Shown here piece after piece: positions 44,351 to 57,270 of a stretch of 64,000 nucleotides of DNA (positions are counted from its first letter, which is position 1; each line of letters opens with the position of its first letter). The translations under genes and the position numbers were made by a program. Location of the stretch: assembly GCF_009914755.1 (NCBI RefSeq), contig NC_060926.1. One strand, given 5' to 3'. The notes under the pieces are model-generated. The model was not told the DNA's origin. It saw only the letters and a list, made by a program, of their open reading frames with translations, and did not search any database. The stretch comes from the human T2T-CHM13v2.0 reference genome, Homo sapiens.

Positions 44351-46500
44351 TCATAAAAAAGGAGACAAGGAGCTTCTAATCAGGCAAGTATGACATTGAA
44401 ATTAGAAAATTTACATCAAGGCTCCTAAATAATGGCTATGATGGGGGGATGGTAACTGGAAACCAGAATCAGCCCAGAAATTCCAGATTATACATTCTTA
44501 ATCCCAAAAAGACAATACTGATGGGACAATCAAGAACAGGAATGAGAGGGAAAGTCTTCTAGATAGTGTTCAGTTTATCTCTGGTTTTCAATTGCTTTTT
44601 TCAACTCGTTTTGTTGTTGTTGCTGCTGTCGTTGTTAAGGGGCCATATGCTCAAGTTGCTTGCTGAAGTTGTGATGAGGTTCTTTCTACAGGATGTGCTC
44701 AACAAGGTAAGTTTAAGGAAGGTTAAAGGAACATAACTCTCAAGTGATAAAGTACTAGGTACTAATTCTAAATGAAAAAAGGAGATGGCATCTCAGGTGA
44801 GAACACACTTCCAGTGTTAGATGAAGTACTAGTTAAGAGACAAGATGGGATAATCTCTTGTGCTTAAATTCTATTTTTTAAAAAATTTACTTTCTTTTTG
44901 CCCTTTTTAATGTAATATTTTTAATTTCCAAATTAAATGGTATATATTTAATGTGAAATTTTTTTCAAATTTAGGCTATTAAGAATCCAGAGATACATGT
45001 CTTAATCAATCTTCGTATCTTATTAACAGGAGTAATTTTTTTTCCTTAACATACATTGCCTTATAAATGGGTGATTATCTAGCCCATGGGAAGAAGCCAG
45101 GTAGGTGCTGACTATAGCATATGTCTCTCATATGCCTGCTGCTTCTTGAAATTCTAGAAACTCAGATATTTTCCCAGTTTTAAGGCACTACCTTTTGTTT
45201 CAGTGAAGATGGTCTGGGAGATGAAGTACATTTCAATCTGACTTTTACTGGAAATGTCTAAGGGTAGGTCTTTTTGGAGTGCAAGTTTTGATAGGAGAAT
45301 GATGATGAAAGAAAACAGAAGTGGCTGGGGGCTTGGGAGTTGGAAAATGCATCTAAAGGAGGGAAAAACACTACATTAACTAGAATGACAGCAATATTTC
45401 TGCCAAAGACCAACTTTCTTCAATTTGCAATTCCATATAGGTTCAGTCAGAGGTAAAATACAAACCCAGCTATTAGCCTAGGATGATTGGTAGCATTTTT
45501 ATAAGGACATATCTTGAAACAGAAAATTCACAACTATTATTTTTATCATTTTTTTTCTTATCACTCTTGACTTCAATTTGATAATAGTCATGTAAGCATT
45601 CCAGGAGCTACTGGGCTAAAGTACCTCCTGATAACATCCCCACTGTCTCGGGGATTAGCGATCATGGGTGACCCGTTAAGAATGAGACATTGTGTCAATT
45701 CCAAAGTTCAAGTAGAGCTTCACCTCTAAATCTATTTTAGATAATTCTTTTGATAGTTAGAATATAATATATCTTGAGATCACTGCTTTTAATTAATGAT
45801 TACCCCTCTGCCTTTATCTTAATTCCCTTTATCTTCATCAGTGAAAGAGTCACACTGTGGCAATGAGGGTTGTTGGGCTGGAGGTCAGAATCAAGTGAAA
45901 CTTATTTCATCTTTAGTTTGAAATTACATTTCTTTAAATACTGCTCCAGGGGAAAATCAATGGGTATAAACAGAAAATGCTCAAGTATGAGAAAAATAGA
46001 CTTCAAGGTGAAATCTTTAAAATATATGGCTCAGGAAGAAAAAGCAGCCAAAAGGCATGTATTTCTGCTACTGGGGACTGAAAAAGATGAGCCATAAAGT
46101 GTAATCGTTTTATATTAACAACTTCCATCTTCTCACATTCATAATTGCTTTTAGCTAATGCAAAAGTGAAGATCTTAATATTATCCGACATTTGTTTGGG
46201 TGAATGGGAAAATGTGATCTAACAAAAGAGTAACACAGGATACAATAAAGCACTACTTTAGAAACAGCAGCAAGAGTTATATATTCCAACAGTGCTGGGT
46301 CCCATGATCCTTAATTTGCATATAAATAATTAATATGCATACCCCAATAATGCCAGCTTCTGTGCACTACATTTAGTATGAATTATGCAGAAATGCTTCA
46401 GAAATGCCTTTAATAGTAAAGGGAATTGCTACCCTCCAAGATATGTAGGAAATAAAATCATTTGTTTGAAACATAAAATGAAAACAGAAGATCTGATTAA

Positions 46501-46828
<328 letters not shown>

Positions 46829-47574
46829 CAACTATCTTGTGTTTTATGTGTGTTTTATCTTTTAGGATTTGTACTAGCCTTCAGGAATATGAAAGTGCAT
46901 ATGAGTCCTTAGAAAAAGAACATAGTGAAATCACACAAATAAAACTGCTGAACAATTAGGAAGTAGTAAAGGGCAAGCCCTGAGAGTTACACAGCTCCCT
47001 AGAGGGGACACTTGAAGAAAGAGTTGAGTACCCCAAGGGAGAGATATATGTATTTTTTTAATGTTGTATGTCAGAGCACAGAAAGAGAGATTTAATATGT
47101 ATTTGGAAGATTTGTTGGTTAAGAGAATCTATGCAGGCTATGCTTATGATCACAAAAACGTCAACATAAGACAATACTAGGGTTACTCCCACGGCTAAGC
47201 CAACATGTCAAAAAGTTTTCACCTAATGTTAGGAATAATTGCTCCTGATAATCAACTTGGCCCAGAACTGAGAAAGAGGCATTCAAGTGCTAACTGAGGT
47301 TCAACGAAATCATTTCACTGGTGGAGTTTCATGGGACCAATGTCAATGGCCCCCATGAACTGCTCATTGCTCTGAAGTTTTGAAGACATAAGATTCCTTG
47401 AATTACCTCAGTTTTGTTCTCTCATACTTTTGCATTCCAGTAGGTGGGTTTGATGAAACCCAGCCCTGCTGGTCTTTAAGAATATTCAGGAAGATAGTCA
47501 ATTAACAACATACATTCTTGCTGGAACATAAAACTAGTTAAATTAAGCTGCAGATAATTTAGAAGAGTCTAGGC

Positions 47575-47835
47575 AATATAGCTTAGTTAATTGAGGGGGC
47601 TCTAGAGACAGATTGCCTGGATTTAAATTCTGAAACCACAATTTACTAAATCATGACTTTGAGCAACTTGCTCAAACTTCATTTACCTTAGTTTCCTCAT
47701 CTATAAAATAGTTATGATAATACTACCTAGAGCCTTCATAAAGTCATTGTAATGATTGAAGGAGTAAATACATGTAAGTCACTTAGAATAGAACCAGCAA
47801 ATAATAATAGCGCTATAAATCTTAGCCAAAATTAT
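47575..47835 (+). mobile_element. MIR SINE
   Basis: ggctctagagacagattgcctggatttaaat..tgactttgagcaac..agtttcctcatctataaaat..gtcacttagaatag. Confidence 0.85.
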
Positions 47836-50800
47836 TGTATCATAAAGATTCAGAGTTTGAGCTCTGGAGTCATACTGCTACTTTGATTTCACTTCTTACT
47901 GAGAAATGAAAGTTCTAACCCAGCTCCTATTGCAGTAGCACCTACTGCAAAGGTCATTATGTATAACGATTAGCAAAATGCTCAGTTCTCAACGTGTCAG
48001 CAGTTAAAAAAGCCATCCCTGTTATTCTTGATATTTTATAAGATTTTCAAACACTATTATAAAATCAGATGCTTTAGTTTATGGACATAATAGTGACAAA
48101 ACATTATTCAGAGAAATAGTGAGTATCTTATACATTTTTACCTAATTCTTGAAATGGCCTCTTAGCCTGCAGACTTTGAAGTTTTTCAGAAGCCAGGGAG
48201 AGGGGACAGAGGAGAAGCTACTTTATTACATTGAGTGATAAATTATACTCGTTTTCAGCATGCAGAACTAAATTTTCATAGTATAAAAAAATGTCTAGCC
48301 AGAAGCTTTGTCTGCATGACCATACAATTGGGAAAATATATATTTATTAATAAAGTATATATAAATATGAAGAGACAGTTATTGTCCTTAGAGTAACCGT
48401 GTGTTTGTTTCAATGAAAGCAAATATTTACAACATTTGCTGTAAATAATGTACCTTGACAGACATACAAAATAATGTGACACTTCCTCCTTTCTACTGTA
48501 TTAAGGATCAAGCTTAGTTGATCCATACCAATTATGCCTGGATATAGCTTGCCAAAAATAGATCGATTTTAACATATGGAGAGAAAAATCAAATTATAAA
48601 TGTGTTCTTCCAAGTTTTATCTAGTGAATCAAGTGAATCTAGTAATAAATGAGGTACCAGTAAGTGATTCGTACAACCAAGATCGATTCCACTATGTCCT
48701 GAGCATGTAAAAAGTTTCATTAAAATTAGGAAGAGCTGTTTTTTTAAAAAAAATTGTTTATTTTTATGAATTTAGGGGTACCGGTGCAGTGATGTTACTG
48801 AGACACATTGCACAGTGGTGTAATCTGGGCTTTTAGTGTACCTATCACATAAATTGTATACATTGTACCTAAAAGATAGTATTTCATCCCTCTCCTCACT
48901 CCCTTCTTCTTATGAGTTGGAATCTCCAGTGTCTTTTATTTCACTCTGTGTCTGTGTGTACCCATCGTTTAGCTCCCATTTATAAAATGAGAACATGTAG
49001 TTTTAAACTTTCTGTTCCTGAGTCATTTCACTAAGAATAATAGCCTCTAGTTCCATCCATGTTGCTGCAAAAGACATGAATTCAGGCTTTTTCATGTCTG
49101 AGTAGTATGCCATGATGTATATATACCAAATTTTATTTAACTTTTTGGTTCAGGGGTACATACATGTGCAGGTTTGTTATATAGATATATTGTGTGTCAT
49201 GGGGCTTTGGCATACAGATTATTTCATCACCTGGGTAATAAGCACAGTACCTGATAGGTAGGTGTATGATCCCTTCCCTCCTCCAAACCTTCACACTCTA
49301 TCCACAAATAGGCCTCAGTGTCTGTTGCTCCCTTCTTTGTGTCCATGTGTTCTCAATGTTTAGCTTCCACTTATAAGTGAGAACATACAGTATTTGGTTT
49401 TCTGTTCCTGTGTTACTTAGGATAGTGGCCTCCAGCTTCATCCATATTGCTGCAAAGGACATGATCTTATTATTTTTTATGGCTGCATGGTATTTCATGG
49501 TTTACAGGTACCACGTTTTCTTTATTCAGCTTATCATTGATGGGCATTTAGGTTGATTTCATGTCCTTGCTACTGTGAATAGTGCTGCAATGAACATACA
49601 TGTGTATGTGTCTTTATGATAGAATGATCTATATTCCTTTGGGTATATCCCCAATAATGAGATTCCTGGGTTGAATGGTAGTTCTGCTTTTAGTTCTTTG
49701 AGAAATTGCTGCACTGCTTTCTACAATGGTTGAACTGATTTATAATCCCAACAACAGTATATAAATGTTCCCTTTTCTCCACAACCTTACCAACATCTGT
49801 TATTTTTTTAGTTTTTAATAATAGCCACTCTGACTGGTGCGAGATGGTATCTCATTGTGGTTTTAATTTACATTTCTCTAATAATCAGTGATACTGAGCT
49901 TTTTTTCATATGCTTGTTGGCCACATATTTGTCTTCTTTTGAAAAGTGTCTGTTCATGTCCTTTGCTCACTTTTTAATTAGGTTTTTTTTCTTGTAAATC
50001 TGTTTAAGTTCCTTACAGATGCTAGATATTAGACCTTTCACAGTTGTATAGTGCAAACATTTTCTGATTTTGTAGGATGCCTGTTTACTTTGTTGCTAGT
50101 CTGCTGTGCAGAAGCTCTTTAGTCTAATTAGATCCCATTCATCAATTTTTGCTTCCATTGCAATTGCTTTTGGCATCTTCATCATAAAATCTTCACCTGT
50201 TCCTATGTCAAGAATGGTATCACCTAGGTTGTCTTCCCGGGTTTTATAGTTTTTAGTTTTTGTTTAAGTCTTTAATTCATCTTGAGTTGGTTTGTGTGGT
50301 GTAAGGAAGGGGTCCAGCTTCAATATTCTACATTTGGCCAGCCAGTCATCTCAGCACTATTTATTGACTAAGGAGTCCTTTTTCTACTGCTTGTTTTCAT
50401 CAACTTTGTCAAAAATTAGATGGCTGTAGGTGTGCAGCTTTATTTCTGGGATCTCTACTTTGTTCCATTGGTCTATGTGACTGTTTTTGTACCAATACCA
50501 TGCTGTTTAGGTTACTGTAGACTTGTAGTATAGTTTGAAGTACGGTAATGTGATGCCTCCAGCTTTGTTCTTTTTGCTTGAGATTGCCTTGGCTATTTTT
50601 TTGGTTCCTTATGAATTTTAAAATAGTTTTTTCTAATGTGGTAAAGAATGTCATTAGTAGCTTGATAGGAATAGCATTAAATCTGCAAATGGCTTTGGAT
50701 AGTATGATCATTCTAATAATATTGATTATTCCTATCCATGAACATGGAGTGTTTTTTCATTTTTCTGTATCCTCTCTGATTTCTTTGAGCAGTGTTTTGT

Positions 50801-52950
50801 AATTCTCATAGTAGAGATAGTTCACCTCCTTGGTTATCTGTATTCCTAGTTATTTCATTTATTCTATGGCTATTGTGACTGGGATTATATTCTTGAGTTA
50901 GCATTCAACTTGGACATTGTTGGTGTATAGAAATGCTACTGGTTTTGTACATTGATTTTGTAATCTGAAACTTTGCCTGACATGTTTCGACATGTTTATC
51001 ATACCTAGGAACCTCTGGGGAGAGACTAGTGTTTTCCAGGTAAGAATCATATTGTCTTGAGGAGAAATAGCTTGACTTCCTCTCTTTCTATTTGAATGCC
51101 TTTTCTCTCTTTCTCTTGTCGGATTTCTCTGGCGAGGACTTCCAAAACTATGTTGAATGAAGTGTTGAAAAAGGGCATCCTTGTCTTGTTCTTATTCTCA
51201 AGAGGAGTGCTTCCAGCTTTCACCCTTTCAGTATGATGTTGGCTGTGGGTCTGTCATAGATGTCTCTCATTATTTTGAGTTATGTTACCTCAACGCCTAG
51301 TTTGTTGAGGGTTTTTAACATAACAGAATGCTGAATTTGGTCAGAAGGTTTTTCTGCATCTACTAAGATGAACATGTGGTTTTTGGTTCTAGTTCAGTTT
51401 ATGTGGTGAATCACACTTATTGATTAGCATATGTTGAACCAATCTTGCATCTCAGGATTAAAGTCAACTTGATTGTGGTGTTTTAGCTTTTTGAAATGCT
51501 GCTGGATTTGGTTTGCTAGTATTTTGTTGAGGATTTTCCTGTCAATGGTCATGAAGGATATTGGCTTTAAGTTTTCCTTTTTTATTGTGTCTCTTCCAGC
51601 TTTTGGTATCACAATAATGCTGGCCTCATAGAATGAGTTAGGGAGGAGTCCCTCCTCCTCAATGTTGTGAAATACTTTCAGTAGGAATGGCAGCAGATCT
51701 TCTTTATAACTCTGGTAGGATTTGGTCATGAATCCATCTGCTCCTTGGATTTTTCTGCTTGGTAGGCATTTTATTACTGATTCAACCTTGGAACTCATTA
51801 TTTGTCCGTTCAGGGATTCAATTTCTTCCTGGTTCAATCTTGAAGGTTGTTATGTTTCCAGGAATTTATTTACTTCTTGTAGCTTTTCTAGTTTGAGTGC
51901 ATAGTGGTGTTTGTGGTAGCCTCTGAGTTTTTGTATGTCCCTTAGTCATTTTTGATTGTGTTCATTTGGATCTTCTCTCTTTTTTGCTTTATTAATCTAG
52001 CTAGCAGTCTACCAATCTTACTTATTCTTCCAAATAACCAACTCCTCTATACTTTGGTCTTTTGTATGGTTTTTCACATTTCAATTTTCTTCAGTTCAGC
52101 TCTGATTTTGGTTATTTCTTCCTCTATCTTTGGGGTTGGTTTTCTCTTTGTTTTCTAGTTCTTCTAAGTGTGATTTTAGATGGTTAATTTGAGATATTTT
52201 TTCATTTTTAATGTGGTATTTAATGCTAGAAACTTTCTTAACACTGCTTTAACTGTGTCCCAGATTCTTCTATGTTGTATCTTCGTCTTCATTCATTTAA
52301 AAAAAAATTTAATTTCTGCCTTAATTTCACTGTTTACTCAATAAACAGGGATTTTTATTCCAAAAAAAATTCAGGAGCATGTTGCTTAATTTCCATGTGA
52401 TCGTATAGTTTTGAGTGTTTTCTTAGAATAGATTTCTATTTTTATTGTGCTGTGATCTGACAGTGTGTTTGGTATAATCGTGTTTTTTTCCAATTTGCTG
52501 AGGATGGTTTTAGGTCTGATTGTCTGGTCAATTTTAGAGTATGTATTATGTGCAGATGAGACAAATGTATACTCTGCTGTTTTGTGGTAGAGAGTTCAGT
52601 AGATACCTGTCAGGCCCGTTTAGTCAAGCGTCAAGTTCAAGTCCTATTTATCTGTTAGTTTTCTGCCTCAATAATATGTATAGTACTGTCAGTGGAGTGT
52701 TGAAATCTCCCACTATTATTGTATGGTTATCTAAGTCTCTTCGGAGATCTCTAAAAACTTCCTCTACAAATCTGGATGCTGCTGTGTTGGGTGCATACAT
52801 ATTTAAGATAGTTAGGTCTTCTTGTTAAATGGATTCCTTTACCATTATGTAATGCCCTTTTTGTCTTTTTAAAATCTTTGGGCTAAAGTGTATTTTTTTC
52901 TGAAAATAGAATAGCAATGCTGGCATTTTTCTTTTCTTTTCATCACCTAT

Positions 52951-55389
52951 ATTCAGCGAGAAGGTCACACTGCACAATGAGAAACACGCGGGGGAGACAG
53001 CGGCCCTCGAGGAGGCCATGAAAGGTCTAAGCCTGATGCGGCCCCACGGCTCCAGCTCCAGAAATATCAGTATCCGCAACTGGGCCCAAGCGGGGCCAGT
53101 ACTATGCCGGGTCCCTGCTCAACGTGAACCAGATCGGGAGTGGCACCGTGGACCTGCCCTTCCAGACCCCCTTCCAATCCTTGGGCCTGGACACCAGCCT
53201 GACTACCAGGCACCATGGGCTGGTGAACAGGGTGTACCGGGAATGCGGCCGACTAGGCTCCCCGCACTGCCTGCACCTGTCAAAGGACAAACACGGACAG
53301 CAGGCCAACAGCTGCCCATACGGCACCGTGTACCTCTTGCCACCCACGGACACCAGCTGGAGAAGGACCAATTCTGACTCGCCCTGCGCCAGAGCACAAT
53401 GACGCCCATGCAGCCAGAATCCTTTACTAGTGGGTCCCAGGACGTGCACCAGAAAAAAGTCTTACTGTTAACAGTCCCAGGAATGGAAGAGACCATATCA
53501 GAGGCAGACAAAAACCTTTCCAAGCAAGCGTGGGGAAACCAAGAAGACGGGATCCAGGACCAAGTCCTGCGCGGAATCAACGAATCAACATCTTCCCGTC
53601 CGCCGACCAGGAAAACACTACAGCCCTGATCTCCGCCATTCACAATACTGTGGGCTCCCTGCACCGCCTGACCAACATCCACTTCCCTTCCCCGCTCGAC
53701 TCCGAGGAGCCCACCTTCCCCGCACTCAGTAGCTCCAGCAGCACCGACAACGTCTCGGCCAACCTGATGCACCTGGGCATCAGCGGCGCCGGCCAAGGGG
53801 ATGAGTACACTCGGCTCCCCTCCGCAGCACCGTCCAGCCGGCGTCAGCCCCCTGTCCCGAGCACAGAGACGAGGCATCAGCAGTCATCGCCCACTCTGTC
53901 CCCGCTGTCATACATCACTCAGGCCGTGGCCTTGAATGCCCTGTCTCTGGAGCAGCAGGTACCCTACGCCTTCTTCACCCAGACGGACTCCCAGCAGCCG
54001 CTGCCGCAGCCCCAGCCTCCGCCGCCCCCTTAGCCTGGGTCTCAGCAGCCGCCAACCCCACCGCCCCTACAGGCGCCCGTCCGCCTGCCCCCCGGCAGCC
54101 CCTGTTGCCCAGCACCAACCTGAATCGTGGGCCACAGCCGCCCCCGCTCGCGGTCACGGTACCGTCCTCTCTCTTCCAGTCCCCACGAAGAATCCCGGCC
54201 TGCCGTCGATGGGGATCGACATCGCCTCGGCGCCGCCTCTGCAGCAGTAGCGGCACTAGCCCCGGCTCCTCGGCCAACCAGTCTCCCACCTCGCCAGTCT
54301 CCAATCAAGGCTTCTCCCCAGGGAGCTCCCCGCAACACACTTCCACTCTGGGCAGCGTGTTTGGGGACGCGTACTATGAGCAGCAGATGGCGTTCAGGCA
54401 GGCCAATGCTCTGTCCCACCAGCTGGAGCAGTTCAACACGATGGAGAACGCCATCAGCTCCCTATACAACAGGGGCTCCACGCTCAACTACTCGCAGGCG
54501 GTCATGATAGCCCTCACCCACAGCCACGGGAGCCTGCTGAACTCGCAGCAGCTGGGCTACACCAGCCACAGTGGCATCCCCAACATCATCCTCATAGTGA
54601 CAGGACAGTCTCCCCCGGCCCCCCAGCCTCTTTAAAGAACTGACCAGCTCTCTGGTCAGGGTCGGCGACCTCAGCTTCGACTCCGACAGCCAGTTTCCCC
54701 TGGATGAACTCAAGATCGACCCCCTGACCCTGGACGGACAGACCCTGAACGGACTGCACATGCTCAATGACCCCGACGTGGTTCTGGCGGACCCAGCCAC
54801 CAAGAACACCTTCCGAATGGACCGCCTGTGAGCGGGCATGCCGGCACCCTGCCGCTCAGCCATCCCGACGGCGCCTCCCCAGCCCGGGGACAGCCACGCT
54901 CTGTCCCTCTCCAATAGCCGAGCTTGTGATTCTGAGCTTCCAATGCCGCCAAGCGCCCCCAGCCCGCCCCCGGTTGTCCACCTCCCGCGAAGCCCAGTCG
55001 CTAGGCCGCGAGCCGGGCGTCCACCCACTCGCCGGCCCGGGCTGAGCTGGGATCGGAGGGTGTGAGGCCCCCGCCCCCGCAGACCCTCCCTGTACCGACT
55101 CCCTAGCTCGAAGCCCCGCCGGGGCCTAAGCCGTCCGCTGTAAGATGCGGGAAGTATCAGCTCCAAGCCTGGCGAGCAGGCTCAGGGGAGGGGCGCGCAT
55201 GGTCCGCCACCATGCATTTTCCGACTGTTTGTCCAGCTCTTACTGCCTTCCTCGGTTCCTGGTCCCCCAACCTATCTGCCACCCCCAGCCCGTGGTCAGG
55301 TAGAGACTGAGTCCCAAGCCGCCCCAGGGAGGAGGCGGCAGAGCGCGGAGCAGACGCAAAGTGAAATAAACACAATTTTGAAGGCAAAA
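52951..55389 (+). pseudogene. CRTC1P1: Processed pseudogene of CRTC1 (CREB-regulated transcription coactivator 1 / TORC1 / MECT1)
   Basis: Collinear intronless peptides: FSEKVTLHNEK..EEAMK (CREB-binding domain); [25 protein letters not shown]; [21 protein letters not shown]; [13 protein letters not shown]..; [37 protein letters not shown]; [24 protein letters not shown] (stop 54829-54831). Then 3'UTR and AATAAA at 55365-55370. Multiple frameshifts, premature TAGs (54031, 54248), first roughly 9 codons absent. The parent assignment is firm; the locus symbol is my assumption. Confidence 0.97.
53690..55360. promoter_or_regulatory. CpG-island-like segment within the CRTC1 retrocopy
   Basis: Visibly GC- and CpG-dense, with GC-box motifs (cccgcccc near 54963 and 55070) in an otherwise CpG-depleted window. 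No functional evidence from sequence alone. Confidence 0.6.
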
Positions 55390-55851
55390 TTATATATATA
55401 TGCTGAATATACACCCCCTATCTCTTCTGGCTTGTAGGGCTTGTGCTGAAAGATCCACTATCAGCTTGATGAGTTTCCCTTTGTAGGTGACCTGCCCCTT
55501 CTCTCTAACTGGCTTCAATTTTTTTTTCTTTCATGCCTGTCTTGGAAATCTAATCATCGTGTGCCTTGGGAATGGTCATCTTGTATAGTATTTTGCAGGA
55601 GTTCTCTGCATTTTTTAATTTAAAGTTGGCCTCGCTAGTGAGGTTGGGGAAAATTTTCATAGATAATATCCTCAAATATGTTTTCCAAGTTGCTTCTTTT
55701 TTCTCCCTCTTTTTCAAGGATGCTAATGTTGTAGAGTTGTAGATTTGGTCTCTTTACACAAGCCTATATTTCTCAGAATTTTTGTTCATTCTTTTTCTTC
55801 CTTTATTTTCATCTGCTGAGTTAGCCTAGAGAACTAGTCTTTGAGCTCTGA

Positions 55852-56184
<333 letters not shown>

Positions 56185-57107
56185 TATTCTACTGTTAATA
56201 CTTGTGATTATATTATAAAATTATTATAGGGTATTTTTCCGCCCTATCAGATCAGTTTGCCTCTTGCTTACAATGGCAATTTTGTCTTTCAGGTCCTGTA
56301 TTATTTTACTGTAATCCTAGATTCCTTGGATTAAATTTTGACTTTCTCCTGAATCTCAATGATCTTTGTCCTTACCAATATTCTGAATTCTATGTCTGTC
56401 ATTTCAACCTGCTTAAGATCCTTACTGGAGAACTAGCGTGGTCATTTGGAGGATAAAAGACACTCTGGCTTTTTGAGTTTCCAGAGTTCTTGCACTGGTT
56501 CTTTCTCATCTGTGTAAACTAATGTTCTTTTAACTGTATTGCAATTTGAGTACAATCAGTTGCTTCCTTTTCTGGGTGTTTTCACAGGGCTGAGGCTTTG
56601 TGCAGGGCCTATATTTGTAGCTGAATTCTTTCACAGAGGCATATATTTGCAAAGACTTTACGAAATTTTTTTCAATTATTCATGAATGGACACAAGTTGA
56701 TTCTATAATTTTTCTATTGTACATAGTGCTGCTATGAACTAATGAGTGCAAGTGTCTTTTTTACATGATGATTTATTTCTCTTTGGGTAGATTCCAATAG
56801 TGGGGTTGCTAGATCAAAGATTAATTCTATTTCTACTTCTTTGAGAAATCTCCATACTGTTTTCCAAACAGGTGGTACTCATTTACATTCCCATCAACAG
56901 TGTATAAGCTTTCCCTTTTCTCCACATCCTTGTCAGCATCTGTTGTTTCTTCACTTTTTAGTAATAGTCCTTCTGGTTAAGATGGTATCTCACTGTGGTT
57001 CTAATATCCATTTCTCTTATGATTAGCAATGCTGAGCATTTTTCATATGTGTATTGGCTGCTTTTATGTCATCTTTTGAACAATTTCTGTTCATGTCCTT
57101 TGCCTAC

Positions 57108-57270
57108 TTTTTGATGGGTGTTTTTTTGTTGAGTTCCTTGTAGATTCTGGGAATTAGTACCTTCTCAGATGCATAGTTTGCAAATATTTTTTGATGGTTT
57201 TTTTTGTTGTTGTTGCGTTCCTTGTAGATTCTGGGAATTAGTACTTTCTCAGATGCATAGTTTGGAAATA
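57108..57270. repeat. About 80-bp tandem duplication inside L1
   Basis: Two copies of tttttgatgg..gttccttgtagattctgggaattagtac(c/t)ttctcagatgcatagtttg(c/g)aaata. Confidence 0.92.

Noticed and set aside
52951-54831. Intact CRTC1 retrogene
   Set aside because: Start codon region absent, many frameshifts and premature stops.
53203-55166. Long antisense ORFs (224 aa and 234 aa) over the CRTC1 retrocopy
   Set aside because: Expected by-product of high GC content (few stop codons); no recognisable protein.
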